Numbered from the stretch's first letter, positions 24,017 through 37,800 are shown. The stretch: 64,000 nucleotides of DNA from Perkinsus chesapeaki ATCC PRA-425 (GCA_013115145.1 JAAPAO010000069.1:1-64000); one strand, 5' to 3'. Notes: generated from the letters alone by a model not told the origin. Numbers and translations: made by a program.

Positions 24017-24350
24017 TGTAGGAGATGTCATGCTGGTGGCAAGATGTGGTCTTATATCTACTCAGCTTCCCACATTTACTCCATCGAAGTGGGTATCGAT
24101 TAGTTGTCTTAAATGAAATGTCAGTCATTCTATTCGAGGAGTTTTTACAGCTTCGTAGCTTCGTTGTGAGTTGCGTTGTAGTATTTGAATAGAGCCAAGG
24201 AGGACTAGCATCAGCGCATACTGTAAGGCTAGGTAACGCACTGTGTCGGTTGACTTAGCCCAATTCTCTTATGAATGGTCGGCCCCTTGTGGCCCTTTCG
24301 GAAGCCCCCATCTTTTGTCCTTATACTTCTGTTATGTCTTATATACTATA

Positions 24351-26170
24351 ATGTTGCTGAAGGTTCGTCAGGTAATGCCACACAGGGGGTTATGTTGGCA
24401 GTTCGTTACTAGTAGGTTATATAGACGGGAGTGGTCGCTCCCTCCAGGACGCAGGAGTCCATCCCTCAACGACGGTCGGGCCCTCAACAACCATGACCAC
24501 GAGCCCTACTACCTCTTGTGGCGGCAGTGGTGTGCCCTACTCTCAGAGGGGGATACCAAGCCGTGTAAATGAGTTTAAGCAAGTGGCGTGCCCCACAAAC
24601 GGGGCGTGTTCGATCCCTCTGTTTGTTGATCGTTATACTCAAGCAACTCTGATTGCTGATTCCACCCATCCTTCGCCCGAATACATACCACAAGAACGTC
24701 TGAGAGTCCCGTAAGAGATCGGGATGCTCGTAATGTCGGCGGATGTTGTCGATCAGGTCTGGCCCTGGTCAGGAGGCTCACTTTGGGTACTCGGCTTTGC
24801 AGGGAGAGAAGAGGGCTCCTATAGACCATAGGAAGACCTTCAATCACGCTCAGTCCTCCATGGTCGTCAAGGTAGTAGTGTTATTGGCCGGTTCGCCATA
24901 CATACCGCATAGTCTATTGGTAACTGGGCTGAGTACAAATGTGCAGTGGTGATTAGCGCACGCATTCGGGGTAGTAGCTTCCTGTGCCAGCAACAACACA
25001 AGGGGGCTACTTCGCTTGACAACGTTCTTCCACGGGAAGTTAATAAGTGCCTTTTTGTTAAATCTCTTAGTCATTCAATCCTCTAGGAAGTTATACGACG
25101 AATAATAGTTGATACGAATCGTGGGGTCGGTGATGAAGGATGATGATGGTGGTGCACTAGTTGTTGATCAGGTCTTCACCTTCGCACCGTACTCCTTGTC
25201 CGTCGGTACCTATGATCTTTATCTCTTTGAAGCCGATGAGACAGTGGGAGAATACGTTGGTCAGTTGGCAGTGATAGATTTGACCATGTGCCTCAATGAA
25301 GGGGACACCCAGACGCTATTCGCCCGTCTAGCCCAGTACAGCAACGATGCCGCCTCTGCTCAAGGTCATCAACCCCACCTCCCCTGCGCATCCATGATCT
25401 AACCGTTTCGTATCTGTTCAGATCACGGCGATTTCGTGTATCCTACCACCGATCTGCCTCCCCACCCAGCCCCACCAGCTCCACCAGGCCCTCTGCCGCC
25501 TTCTGAAGCGGATCCGTCGACTGCTGGTCCTGCCTCGCCGTCGGAAACTACAACCTATCCTGTCCCGGCGGATGAGCGTCAGAAACATAAATCAAGTAGG
25601 ACGGGACTCACAAAGTTGAGCGCAGTTTGTGGTTACCTGTTAGATTTGCCCGAAGAAGGGACAGACGATCATTTGGACGAGTCTTCGGAGGAAGAAGGGA
25701 ATCATCTCGAGCCTGGCGCGATAGCTGGGCTAACGGTCGGACTACTGTTAGCAGCTATTCTAGGGTGTACAGGCTCATGGCTCGCTTTCAAGCTCTGCCG
25801 TCGACGCGAAGATGAAGCCAAACATCTAGTAGGTAGCGACGCAGCGGCTGCCGGTGGTGCTGCTGGCAGTAGCAGTATATCCTTCGATGACAACTGTGTT
25901 GACCTAGAGTCCATAGATCCCTTGGAGCTACTGGATGTCCCGGCTAATCTTCGCTCCTCCACTGGGGCGCATTCCGTAGTGTTGTATCCAACACCGGACT
26001 CTTCAATGCCTTCAACGACGTGCACATCACCGGTGGGCAGACTGGATTACTTGGATGGTGATGGCTCTGATGTTGAGGATCAACTTCGATTAGCTGCCGG
26101 ACAGCTGCTGGCTGGTGTCTCTATTGAGGATCGTAACCGTAACACGCCGAGCTTGAATCCGACGACTTAG
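24351..26170 (+). CDS. Type I membrane protein (Pro-rich stalk, single TM, acidic cytoplasmic tail); 5' exons approximate
   Basis: ORF 25436-26170 has PPHPAPPAPP, the TM GAIAGLTVGLLLAAILGCTGSWLAF and the KLCRRR stop-transfer. Upstream exons are 24493-24714 and 25109-25402. Confidence 0.6.
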
Positions 26171-26567
26171 CTGCCCTGTATCTCAAGTCAACTCGTATCG
26201 TAATCATTTGGTCATTTGTGTACATGTTAAGATATTTTTGAGGAGCACCATTCTCCTATTACATTTGCTACTTTCTGATATGAATTAGGATATCAGAAAA
26301 GGTCTTCGTCGTTGTGTGCTTCTGTTATCGAGGCACCTGTGTTGTGGCCGTTGGCGGCGTTGCTCATCCTTAAATACGAAAGGGAGACGGTCGCTCGTGG
26401 CTTCGCCCTAAGCGATTCTGCAAGTCTTGGCGCCTGTCTCTCCCCTATCGTATGCCTGGTTCTTCTGATGCTACCGTGATCACAGCGAAGCTCGCTCGAT
26501 TATCACTCATTTGCTGCGTTGTGTTGTACAGTACTTCTTCCACCTCCCCTCGGAAAGCCAGCCAAGA

Positions 26568-28019
26568 ATGTCCAATCCTGCAGTGGATGCTGCCTCTGTA
26601 GAGGACGCAGCGGAGCTGAGCCAAGAATCACAGGACTGGCTACTGTTAGCAACCTGCTTAGGTAGCCCACAGTCGTCCCTGTGTCAGATAGCTTCCTCTG
26701 TACAGTTGCTGTTGGCCTGTGGTGCCTGCCTTGCCTTTGCGGCTCTCTTGGTCGAGGCAGTATCGTATCAGAGGTCTTCTTGATGTGTACCTACTCTAGA
26801 ATGCATGTCTTCTACATCAGTGTAATACTGATGGGAGCTCGGTGCTAGTTTAGGAGTCGGCTCATTGTCGGTCTCCAGTTCTCTTTATCGATGCATCCAT
26901 GAAGTGCACAACGCCGTCGGACGAACCCTGTCCCTCAACCTGAGGACATCATCCTGTCCTTTAGTAGAGTTGAGGGCTCGATCGTCATCATCAGCATTTA
27001 CCCTGCAAGCCCATCGTGCCACATGTCTGTGTCCAGGTTAGTATCTTCAACTTCCTTGTCGTATGTACCGTTATTGGCCTCTTGCCCGGCTGGACATTCA
27101 ACGACTTCGTCATCACCGTTGCGACAGTAACTGTGTGGGTTCTGGATCGCCTCCAGAAGTTCTTGGTAGCTACTAGCGTTTGGACGATGGGCCCTAGGAG
27201 TGCCTGGGCCATATCAGGTATCTTCAGCGATGCTCTTTGGCCTCTGGCTGGTGTGGCGGTTTCGTCAAAGGATACTCATAGCTGCTGGTGTCGACCATGT
27301 GACCTTGGTAGAATCTTTCAATCCGTCCCTTACTGAAATGTCTACATCAGGTCAGGTTCTCTTGGTGGGACCTTATAGACCCAGTAGCATCGGCAGCGGG
27401 CATCTCGCTCGCCAAACCTTTTGAAGTTGTTGAGTTGCTTGTGTGGAAAGCAAGCAACATGCCGAGCGCCAGCTATCTCAAGCCAAACGATTGTTTCGTG
27501 GAAGTCGGTACGTTCATCCCATGTTTCCAGCCTGGCCGTTCGTACAGGTTCATTGCGGGAATAACGAAGTACTGCACGGTCGAGTGCGCAACAATGCGGG
27601 ATCTTATTGCATCTTCCGCGAGCGTTTCCAGCTCAACATCAGTGTGGACGACTTTGACACTAAACTCACTGTACCGGGAAATCGAACTATGGCGAATTGG
27701 GATGTTATAGTAGATACTTCTCCGCGACCAAGACATCCTTACTAACGTGGAGATAGCACGGCTTGAACTCCTGCACCAGGACATCTGCAAGCTACTCGAG
27801 GTAGCTTGCACTGACCATGGGTCACTATGGATTTTGCGCGCAGACATCTTCCGGGTGCGATCCGGAGCTTGCGGTCGAGTGGGCCCCGGATGGCTTCTGC
27901 GAATTGTCTTTGCATCCGCGCGGCAGTATCTGGCTGCGCCTCCAGAGAATACGAGGCGATTCAGACTTCGACGATGTGAGCACCAACAGATAGCTATGCG
28001 CAAGTGCATGAGTGCATGA
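26568..28019 (+). CDS. Hypothetical membrane protein, possible C2-like domain
   Basis: Hydrophobic exons (26568-26783, 27016-27336) followed by the beta-rich segment FVQVHCGNNEVLHGRVR...FRERFQLNISVDDFDTKLTV. Confidence 0.4.
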
Positions 28020-28379
28020 GCAGGTCGAGTCTCAGTATTACGGTGGCGATGCCCTTGGTTCCCCGAAAGCTGAGGAGTATGAAAAGGGGGACTCCAGTTC
28101 GTCAAGTGCTCGGTTGTATTATTAAAGTTGTTCGTTCACCCTCGTTACACTGATACGTAAACATGCCATGGCCCTTTCCAATGTATTATGTTTCCCAAGC
28201 TTGGCGTTGCCTTGAAAGAAGCTTCAAGCGGGAAGATACCATCGAAGTCGCCTTGTGAGCAAGCATGCCGCATCTAATAGCACATTCGTCAACTTGATGA
28301 GGACTCGCTCTCTTAGCGATACCAACGGGAATCCACGTTTGCGTTCAATTCACAGATTGTTTTTTCTGAGCCTTTTGGT

Positions 28380-29465
28380 ATGGGCGTGCTGTTTTCGACG
28401 CTCTTCGGTCGTCTGTTTGGTACGAAGGAGGTGCGGATACTCATCCTGGGCCTTGACAACGCTGGGAAGACAACAATACTATGTATGGTTGTTGCCTCGT
28501 TTGATTCACGCTCCGTGCTCAGATCGGCTGCAAGTGGATGACGTGGTGCAGACTATTCCGACCATTGGTTTTAACGTGGAAACTATACAAGTGAAGAACG
28601 TGAAGCTGCAAGTATGGGACTTGGGTAAGGTATCGGATAGTCTCTGGTTTCTCGTTGTCATTCCTATCCTTACTATCTGGCCTGTTTCCCTTATGAAGGA
28701 TTTTCCGACATATCGTAAGAGACTTTTACCGCTCACAGATGAGTGAGTACTTCATCACGAGGCAGCTTGGTGATGGGCGAGTCAATATCCACACTGAAGG
28801 TTACCATAAACGGCTTCCAGTGTTTCCGCGCATAAGATATGCTTTGCCACATGTGGCTGAAAGGAGGCTCTTCAATAATTTTATCTCCTTTAGGTGGCCA
28901 AAGCAGCATACGACCGTATTGGCGCTGCTACTATCCAAACACTAATGGTATCGTGTATGTTGTGGATTCAGCAGGTAGGTCATTTCGATGTTCCGAGTCT
29001 TCCATGCCTTCCCTTATAGACCGGGAACGCATACCAGACGCCCGGCAAGAGCTTACTAATTTACTAGAAGAAGAGGAGCTTAAAGGTGTTGCATTGTTGG
29101 TATTTGCCAACAAACAGGATTTGCCCGATGCCATGACCAGCGTTGAAGTCTCAGAAGGGCTGGGGCTTACCAAGATCAGGTGGGTGGCCACTTTGAGCTT
29201 GGATATCTTGCTGGAAGGTCTGTTCAGGTCTCGCCAATGGGCGATATACCAAGCTAGCGCGGTCAGAGGAGATGGAATAAAGGAAGGACTTGATTGGTGC
29301 GTATAATTGAGAAGCTGACCTTGAACATTATTAAATGCCCTCACCGGGGTTCGAACCCGGGTCTTATCTTTTAACAGCTATGCTAATGTTCAGAAGTCGT
29401 GGTATCCGCTTCCTCGTAATATGCTATTTTTTCTCAGGTTGGTCAACGTCATGTCGGCTTCTTGA
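28380..29465 (+). CDS. ARL1: ARF-like small GTPase ARL1
   Basis: [32 protein letters not shown]...[17 protein letters not shown]...ANKQD...[22 protein letters not shown]. The [14 protein letters not shown] segment is typical of ARL1. Confidence 0.93.
29336..29365 (-). pseudogene. tRNA 3'-half remnant, antisense inside the last ARL1 intron (29297-29437)
   Basis: AAGAC CCGGG TTCGAAC CCCGG TGAGGGC A forms a variable loop, perfect T-arm, acceptor 3' strand and discriminator. No matching GCCCTCA 5' strand is nearby. Confidence 0.6.
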
Positions 29466-29981
29466 CGCTCTTACTAACTGACACTCTTTGAGAACATTAT
29501 GAACACTTTTATACAGTCTCTAAGTGCAACCCCTATGTCTCTTGAGTTGTCGCGCGCCACGAAATTCTACGCTAGAGCCAGCGGTTGTTGTTAACCCACG
29601 AGTTGAGGACTCATTCGCAGCGGTTGAACATAGACCAATACTCCTTTTGTGAGGGTTCTGTTAGTGCTTACCGTCTGTGGGGCTCATCCCCTCTTTGCGT
29701 TGTGGTGACACCACCTTCCTCGCGAGCCTTGTGTCTCCTACCCGCGGCAACTTTCGTCCATCTATGAAATGTCTGTGGGTCTCTTTTCTGGACTGATCTG
29801 GCTTTCTAATTTCCCTTGTGGCCTCAACCAAGCCGATGGTGCTTGTAGACTATAGGCACGGTATATATGGTGGAATTAAGGATGGGTCTCTTTCGGGCAG
29901 GGGGTATCTATTTTGCTAGAAAAGGCTAAGTGACTGATGACTTTTGTTAGCGTCTATTTTGTTGTACTTAAAGTCCTACCA

Positions 29982-31071
29982 ATGAATTTCCCTGCTGGTA
30001 ATTTGATGGGGGACTACCGAGCCAACCACTGGAACGATATCTGGATCAAGCCTTTGATCAACGACTCCTCGCTCTACGGCTTCAAGGATCTTACCTATCA
30101 AGACGTCACACCGGCTTGGTTGACTAAGATCCTTTATCCTACCGATTTCGACAACTGGAGCGCCGAGAACACCAAGCACACTGTAATGGCATAGGTTTAT
30201 TAACAATGAAATTGCTCTTTTTTCAGACCCAGATCATGAGGGAGTACTGGTGGGTTTCCTGGGTTGTTGTTGCCTGCTACCTCATCGCCATACCAGTCGG
30301 CCAGCGTATCATGAAGAACCGTCCTGCTTTCAACCTTAAGAAGCCGCTTGCCTTATGGAACCTCTTCCTGGCCACTTTCTCCTTTATTGGCGTTACTAGG
30401 ACCCTTCCTTTGCTACTAGCTGGTACCTGGACTAATGGTCCCCTCTACTTCGTCTGCCGTAACGCTAGTGCCTCGTACGGTACTGGCCCCACGGGTCTTT
30501 GGATCAGTCTATTTATGTACAGCAAATACTTTGAGCTGATCGATACAGCTTTCCTGGTATTGAGGAAGAAACATGTTAACTTCCTTCATTGGTTCCATCA
30601 CGCTACTGTTCTACTTTACTGCTGGCATGCTGGTGCCTATGAGCAACCTACTGGCATTTTCATGGCTACTATGAATTACATGGTACACTCTGTCATGTAT
30701 TTCTATTACTTCCTTTCTTCCGTTGGCCACAAGCCTAAGTGGGGACTTACCGTTACCATTATGCAAATAGCCCAGATGTTCGCCGGTAAGATCCCATCCC
30801 CTTTTACTTGATTTTACCCTTTTTCTATCAGGTATGTTCATCGTAGCAGTCCACTACTATTCAATCTCCCATGTACACAACTGTGACGGTGCTTACGAGG
30901 ACCTGGTTGCTGCCTTCCTTATGTACGCTCCCTCAGCACTATTACCTCGTATTTGCCTCTATTTTCAGGTATACTGCTTACATGCTACTTTTCGTACAAT
31001 TCTTCATCGGCCGCTACGTTGCACCAAAGAAGTCTAGCAAGGCTGTTAGTGCTTCAAAGAAGTCCAACTAA
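29982..31071 (+). CDS. Fatty-acid elongase (ELO/GNS1-SUR4 family, ELOVL6-like), copy 1
   Basis: SKYFELIDT, FLHWFHH and NYMVHSVMYFYY motifs, and a C-terminal dilysine-like KKSN. Confidence 0.93.
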
Positions 31072-31675
31072 TTTGAAGTCATCGTTATACGAGCGCATTC
31101 CTCTAACTTGCGGAAGGACTACCCGAATACGAGTTGATGTTTTTTCATCGATAATATTATTGCCGATTTGATTGCTACATTATGCCTGGTTATCATATCA
31201 AATAGGTTTGTAAATAACATACTTGTGATTAGCTGTTATACGTTCCTACGGCTCAGCAGCGTTGTTGAACCTTGGCACGCCTAACCCTTCTCATCGGACC
31301 TTATGATGTTCTTATTACTACTCACCCTGCTGCTGTTATATTCGCTGCTGGTCTTTGAGATTATTAAGTAGCTTGGTTTACTGTCAGACTACTTAGATAA
31401 TAGCTGTAACGTTGTTGTTAGTATCAGGACTCTATGGTGAGTAATAATAATGCATAATCGTTAAGATGGTAGTTAGCACATCTTCGGCAATAAGAATAAC
31501 TAGTACTAATTCCCTATACCAAATTATAGTAGTGGTGAAGGCACTTCGCCTAAAGCGCTACGGATACCCGTCTCTTGCAGTGGTGTCTTGTTAAAGAAGT
31601 GCTCTCAATGGAAGTGGTATCTTTCGGTATCAGTTAGCCCCGTCTTCACTTTCGTGATACTTCCCTGTTCGACAA

Positions 31676-32776
31676 ATGATCGATCTGCCCCTTGATAATG
31701 TTATGGACCGCTCTCCCTCCGTGTGGAACCAAGTCTGGACCCGTCCCGAAATAGAGAATCGTACCGAGTACGGCTTCATCGACCCTATCTACCAAGATGA
31801 TCTTCCTACCTGGGCGCTCAAGTACATTGGACCAGCTGCGTGGGAGAATTCGCAGACATTACTGGCTAGGATGGTGAGTTTTCCTTTTTGACTGCATTGC
31901 TGCTGCTGTTGCTGACGAGTGTTCTTTTCAGCTGGTTGTGATGCGACATTACTGGTGGCTCTCCTACGCCGTGGTTGCCTGTTACCTTATAGCCGTTCCC
32001 CTCGGTCAGCGTATGATGAAGAATCGTCCAGCTTTTAATTTAAAGAAGCCCCTTGCGGTATGGAACCTCTTCTTGGCTGTCTTCTCCTTTATCGGTATGT
32101 TGCGTACATTGCCCCATCTACTCCATGGTACCTACATTAATGGCCCCTTATACTTTGTATGCCGTAATGTTGGTGGATCATATGGACCTGGGCCCACTGG
32201 CGCCTGGGTCGGGCTATTCATTTTCAGCAAATACTTTGAGCTGATCGATACAGCTTTCCTGGTATTGAGGAAGAAGCATGTTAACTTCCTTCATTGGTTC
32301 CATCACGCTACTGTTCTGCTTTACTGCTGGCATGCTGGTGCCTATGAGCAACCTACTGGCATTTTTTTCGCCACTATGAATTACATGGTACACTCTGTCA
32401 TGTATTTCTATTACTTCCTTTCTTCCGTTGGCCACAAGCCTAAGTGGGGACTTACCGTTACCATTATGCAAATCGCCCAGATGTTAATGGGTAAGCAGCG
32501 AGGGATCCCCTATTCGTCTCACCTTCTCTTTCAGGTATGTTTGTTGTTGCGATTCATTACTACTCCCTGAAGACTGTCCCACGCTGTGACGGTGCCACAG
32601 AAGATCTTCTAGCGGCCTTCCTAATGTAAGCCGTTTCCGTGTCGTTTAGTTGGCTTTTAGCGTTGCTTTCCAGGTACACGGCGTACCTTATCCTTTTTGT
32701 ACAGTTCTTCATTGGTCGCTATCTGAGCGGCTCCAGGAAGGGCAAATCATCAGCCAGGAAGCCCAAGAAGGAGTAG
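31676..32776 (+). CDS. Fatty-acid elongase (ELO family), copy 2
   Basis: Same motifs as copy 1. Ends RKPKKE at stop 32774-32776. Confidence 0.92.
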
Positions 32777-33106
32777 AAGGATCAGCGGCGTTCAGGTCTC
32801 TAAGGCTTTCACGAAGCCTATTTTCCGCTAGCATACCGGCGAAATGCGCCCTATGCTCTCCAGTTTTAACTGCTTTGATGGTCACACCATTATTAGCGGT
32901 GATACTAGTGCCAAGATTGCACAGCGGCAGAGTTATATCATAATATCATATCTACCATTATGCACTGCTAATCTGCGTGGTCCCCCTACAGACTGCTAGT
33001 CCGGTTGATTTCCTGGGCTAATGATAAGACTGCGTTATAAGGGTTCCACGAACAGCACACAGCAGCAGTGCGTAACTACCTTTTCTACTACCAGTACCAT
33101 AGAGAG

Positions 33107-33987
33107 TTACTGTAAAAGCATAGTCATCATCATAAGCAACAGAGCGTCAGTCCATGGAGGACTTGTCCTTTCCCATCGATTAGTCGCATTCTTGAAGCCA
33201 CACAGTGTGTTGAGTTCATCTCTGGTCAACTGCGGATCGAGAAGGGAGATATTTACCATCAGTTTTTCGACTACACCATGGTGGCAACGTTCTGTCGCAT
33301 ACATGTCGTCAATGTGCACGCGTGCAGCTGCATATCAAAGTCTGGCGTCCGCCCCGTTTTAGATGAGCTTGTTAAGCTAGGAGCGATTGATCTCACCGGA
33401 ACTGGTGATAAGTGGCTCGATGTGCTCCAGGTAAATGTCTCTGTTGGGGAAGTGCTAATCGTCTTATGACACAGGAGAGAGAACAAAAGGATTTCGAGCT
33501 TCAAAAAGAGCTGGGAGAAAAGAACTGGATGGTCAGTCGTGTAGCGTTGGTGTTCCAAAGCCAAGTCCAACGTAGCACTGGAGACCGGGATATCACGCAT
33601 GTAGTAGTCGGGGAGCTGCTGTCTACATCTTGTGACAACTGTCGATGCTCAGACACTACGATTTGGAAATGAAACGAAATGCCCACTCTGTCATCAGTCA
33701 GAGGAGGTATGTCCGGGCACTAAGGTACTAGTTGGTCCAGGTCGGTAGCAGTGGGGTATGCAACTGGGAATAGCCTCCTCCTCCCGCCGGTTACCTTGGA
33801 ACTGCTGTAATGTAGCGTATTAGGTGCTACCGGTTCCAACTCCCAAGTCGGCAGTCGTGGATTGGTGGATATATTTACACAAAGAGATGGGCAAGCCTGC
33901 CACGAAGAATAACAATGCCTTGAGCGCAGGTAATAACGGCGGCGGTAAATAGTGGGGGGGTGCACTACCCCACACCGACGCCGGCAT
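33107..33987 (-). CDS. Hypothetical secreted, possibly GPI-anchored protein
   Basis: Spliced start MPASALLFFVAGLPISLC and hydrophobic C-terminus WTDALLLMMMTMLLQ. Internal exons are uncertain. Confidence 0.4.
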
Positions 33988-34072
33988 AGTGTCCTGGTTC
34001 AGCTAGAGCATAAGGGTTACTCGTTATTTGCCTGAAACGACTCGAGACGGTTCGGCGTCGAATTACTAGCAT

Positions 34073-34776
34073 ATGGGCTTTTCAGATGAAGTAGTGCCTG
34101 TTTACTCTCCGGAGGGGGACTGCATAGGGGCTGCTGTTCGTTGTGAGATGAGACGGAGAGTTCTATATCATGCGTAAGTCCCCCTGGCGCTCGGATATAG
34201 CCATTCATGGTCCCTCCTTTAAATAGGTGCACTTACTTGATTATTCGTAACAAATCTAATGGGAAGTTTTATGTACAACAGAGAACAGATATCAAAGACT
34301 ACATGCCGGGGAGATGGGTAATGTTTAGCACGAGTTCGGCCAGCACGTTGACTGTACTAGGACCCTGTGCCTGGTGGAACGATGGGAGTCGGCGAGACAC
34401 CCGAAGAGAACGCTCATAGAGAGTTGAACGAGGAGATGGGTATAAACATGGCGGAAGGCGACTTCAAAAAACTGTTTGATCAAGTGTCACACGAAGGTAG
34501 TCCAATCTCGGTTCGGTGTGTCATCGATATCGGGACTTCAGCGCCATTGCGGGTCTTCGGCCATGTCTTCCTATGTGAGACGGACATGCCGGTCGAATCC
34601 CTAAAACTGCAGGCTAGCGAGGTGAAACAGTGTAAACTGATGACTAAGGAAGAGGTGCTGCTGCATAGCGTAAAGAATCGTTCCATTCTTCGGATCAGAT
34701 ATTGGCGATGGACAGCGCGGAGGTCGTTCCAGATAGCATGGTGGTTTTCCGCCGTTACTTGCACGAATCATCGTAA
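34073..34776 (+). CDS. Nudix hydrolase (IDI/YfcD-like)
   Basis: LYHACTYLII...VQQRTDIKDYMPGRWD, and the Nudix box GGTMGVGETPEENAHRELNEEMGI. Confidence 0.88.
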
Positions 34777-34989
34777 TTATTATACTTTATTTTGAGTACT
34801 GAGTGGTCGTTACTCGTTTCCTTATTTCCGTGTTGCGTTGCACATAGTCAGTAATCACATCAACATCATGCGGATAAGCGCGTCAGTGGAACGTCCAGCC
34901 CACTTTATGTGATGAAAACGATTGTGTTTCTGAGTCGCTACTCACACTTGGATCGGGGTTGCCACTGACCGCTGGGCGAAAGCAAGCCT

Positions 34990-37800
34990 AGTGCTAATGC
35001 TTTCGCAGTACTTTAAGCCGCACGTTGAACGAGGAACCCGAGCTTATAATGCAACAATGTGGAGTGTTGATACCTCAAAAACTCAAGCACATGGTTCCTC
35101 TTAAGCATGCTCTCACACAATTGTGCTATAGAGACCAAGAAGCGGATTGTCTTTGGCAGTTTGCCGTAGTAAAAGCAACCGTCGTCTCGTGATGTCTGCC
35201 GGTGGAGAACTCTGAAAAGGTATCGGTTTTACCCAGTATCGACGAACTTGTACTTCACTTGTGCTTCTTTAGCGAACACCCTGTGTATGTGATTGTTAAT
35301 AGTTTCCAGTGCAATCTGTATAGTCGACTAAGCAACGCAGCTGGGGCATTCAAAGTTACCATGGGCGCGGGTGTATGATTAAGCAGCTTTTCATCTCTAG
35401 TACGTCGATAGGGAGCTCGTGGCTCATCAGCGGCGACATTCAGAACCTTTACGCCACATAATCGGACAAGCCTTAAGTGTGCCCACTTTATTGATCGCAG
35501 ACTCGGTCTGCTCCTCATCGATCGAGCATCCAGTGAGGTCAATAAACTCTAGCGGCCGAGCTGTCATTGGTTTGCCCTCGGACCCGCTTCTAGTGCACTC
35601 TTCATCCATGGATTCGTATGTCTCACAGACAGTCAACTCTTCAGAGGCAAAGCCTTCTGCGGCACACTTAGCTAGCGAAATCGCAGTGGCTGCGGTAAGG
35701 CCGGGATTATTTGATAGATTGAGAACTTTCAAAGTGCGCTGAAGCTTCTGCAGTAGCAGACACAAATGCGAGGCGGCTCTGTCAGCCAGCTGATTCCGTG
35801 ATAAGTCAAGAACCTAACGTCAACGCAAAGATTCCACCGCTCTGAAGTGCAGCTCGAACTTGAAGTTTCCCGGGTGTTATGTTAACTGCTACAGCAGCAA
35901 GCTTCTGATCGTCGATATGACAACCTGACATGTCAATCCATAGCAGACCGTTGCAAAGCTCGATTGTTCTATGGACAAGTCCTCTGATTTGCATCTGTGA
36001 GGGCAGGTCACCTGTCGGACAACATAAGCTCTTTGTTTACGATATCAGGAGTTATCCTCAAACTCTTCAAGTCATGTACGGCTATGTGAGCGGCTGTCAG
36101 ATAGCCGATGCCAGCTTGCTGTAGCTGAGGCTAGACTATGCGATGTTGTGGTGAACTGTCGTTACCCCTGGATCAGTATTGGCACGATGCTTCAGCTCCT
36201 CGTTAAGAAACGCCTCGAAATCTGCATCGGTCTGCCATGCGAATGGCTTCCCATGCACTTCCACTTCAACTTCAAACCGTCTGCTCAATCGGGATGTATA
36301 AATATAACGGATGAGAGCACTAACACGAACTCCTCCACAAACACGGAGCCTTTCCGCGATGGCGTCTGATCCAGTCGTATATGCACTTTGTTCTCCGACA
36401 GACACTCCTCTGGTAGACACCAGAACAAAATGGGCCTAAGCCACTCCAGGGCGGCGCGCATCTGCCATATTCTTACTCCTCCAGTTTCTTATGGGAGATG
36501 CACAATTCCTTCCACTGTTCATCACCAAACGGCAAACTGGCGACGGCGAGCCTAGCAGCGTTACCCAACTGGTTCGTCATTCATATGGGGAAGGTGCTCA
36601 CGTGAACAATGAGGCTTCTGCTATGAATGCTCTTCGAATCTCCATCGATGCGCTACTTATATCGGGCCCCCATGGCACTGCGGTAAGTGGCCTGAGGAAG
36701 GGTGGCAGGCTAGCTGCTAATAGAGTTCCCACTACTGGCCATTAAGGAAGACCGATGCTTCTCTTAGTTCGGAGTTCACTGCGGCAGACAAATATGGATT
36801 ATCTCCTATAAACCCCTTAGCAACCTAAGAGGCGCCACACATTAGTTGAAAGCTGCCCCTATACCTCGATAACTCTGGCTTTGCATGCGGAAAGGAGGTT
36901 ATCAGTGTTTTTGATTGGGTTGGACTTTGGTGGATCTAGATAAGGTGTATGACAATCTGAGCAGACCTATCTAGCAATCATGCGTGCCAGCGCCGGCTAC
37001 GCTGTAGCTCTTGTGTGAGGTATGTTATGATGTAAATAATGAAGGCAGTGAGCTTCGCTATAACCAGTTTTGTCCACAAGTCGTCAATCTCGATAATAGC
37101 CTCCCATTGCCGAAGTATTTTCTCGGCTTGTAACAATGTCGATCGGGCCTGCGCGCAGAATTGACTCTGTCCACTGCGTCACAAGGACCTCATCAGAGCT
37201 CATAGCTTCCGAAAAACCACCCACTAGAATCTTCTTTACGCGTCTGAGTTCTCGTATCTGTTGCACAACTGACCAGGTATGCACACATGCAGAACTTTTC
37301 CACTTGTGGTGGCCTAGATAGTTTGATAGCTGCTTTTTGCAGGGTACTCCCATCGGTACGCAATGTGTTGCCGGTCGCAGTGTGGTACCTCAACGCGAGA
37401 CCAAATGACACTTCATAGCATCATCAAAGTGACGGCTGCCACACTCGTCCAGCCTCATCAGTAAGTCCTTTTCTAGCGAGTTCAACAAAGCCGTGAGATG
37501 CTCCCTCGAGCCGTTTTGCATTGACGAGCATTTGGGCCTAACTGCGCTTGCGACAATTGCACTCTTGAAGATAATGTGTACCTTGTTGTGAAGCACTCAA
37601 GAAGTCTGAGACATTCTTCGCTTTTGTGCACTCGCGAGAAGAATCTGAGCGCCCATCTGAGCTTGTGAGCGGAGGAGTCTTTTTCGGGTTTCATGGGATG
37701 ATTCGCAAGCTAGTGCTGGCCTCATGGTGTGTACTCTATTGTCGAGTGACGGGACACATTCGAACGCAACATGCGGAAATAGTTCCATCAAGTGGAGCAC
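34990..37800 (-). CDS. Leucine-rich-repeat protein (RI-like LRRs); extent approximate and may be more than one gene
   Basis: LRTLKVLNLSNN, LEFIDLTGCSI, LLWIDMSGCHI and LKRNHVLEFL segments in minus-strand exons. Confidence 0.55.

Noticed and set aside
28625-28893. 269-nt ARL1 intron as a possible C/D snoRNA host
   Set aside because: CTGA boxes are present, but there is no canonical RTGATGA C box, terminal stem or recognisable rRNA-complementary guide.
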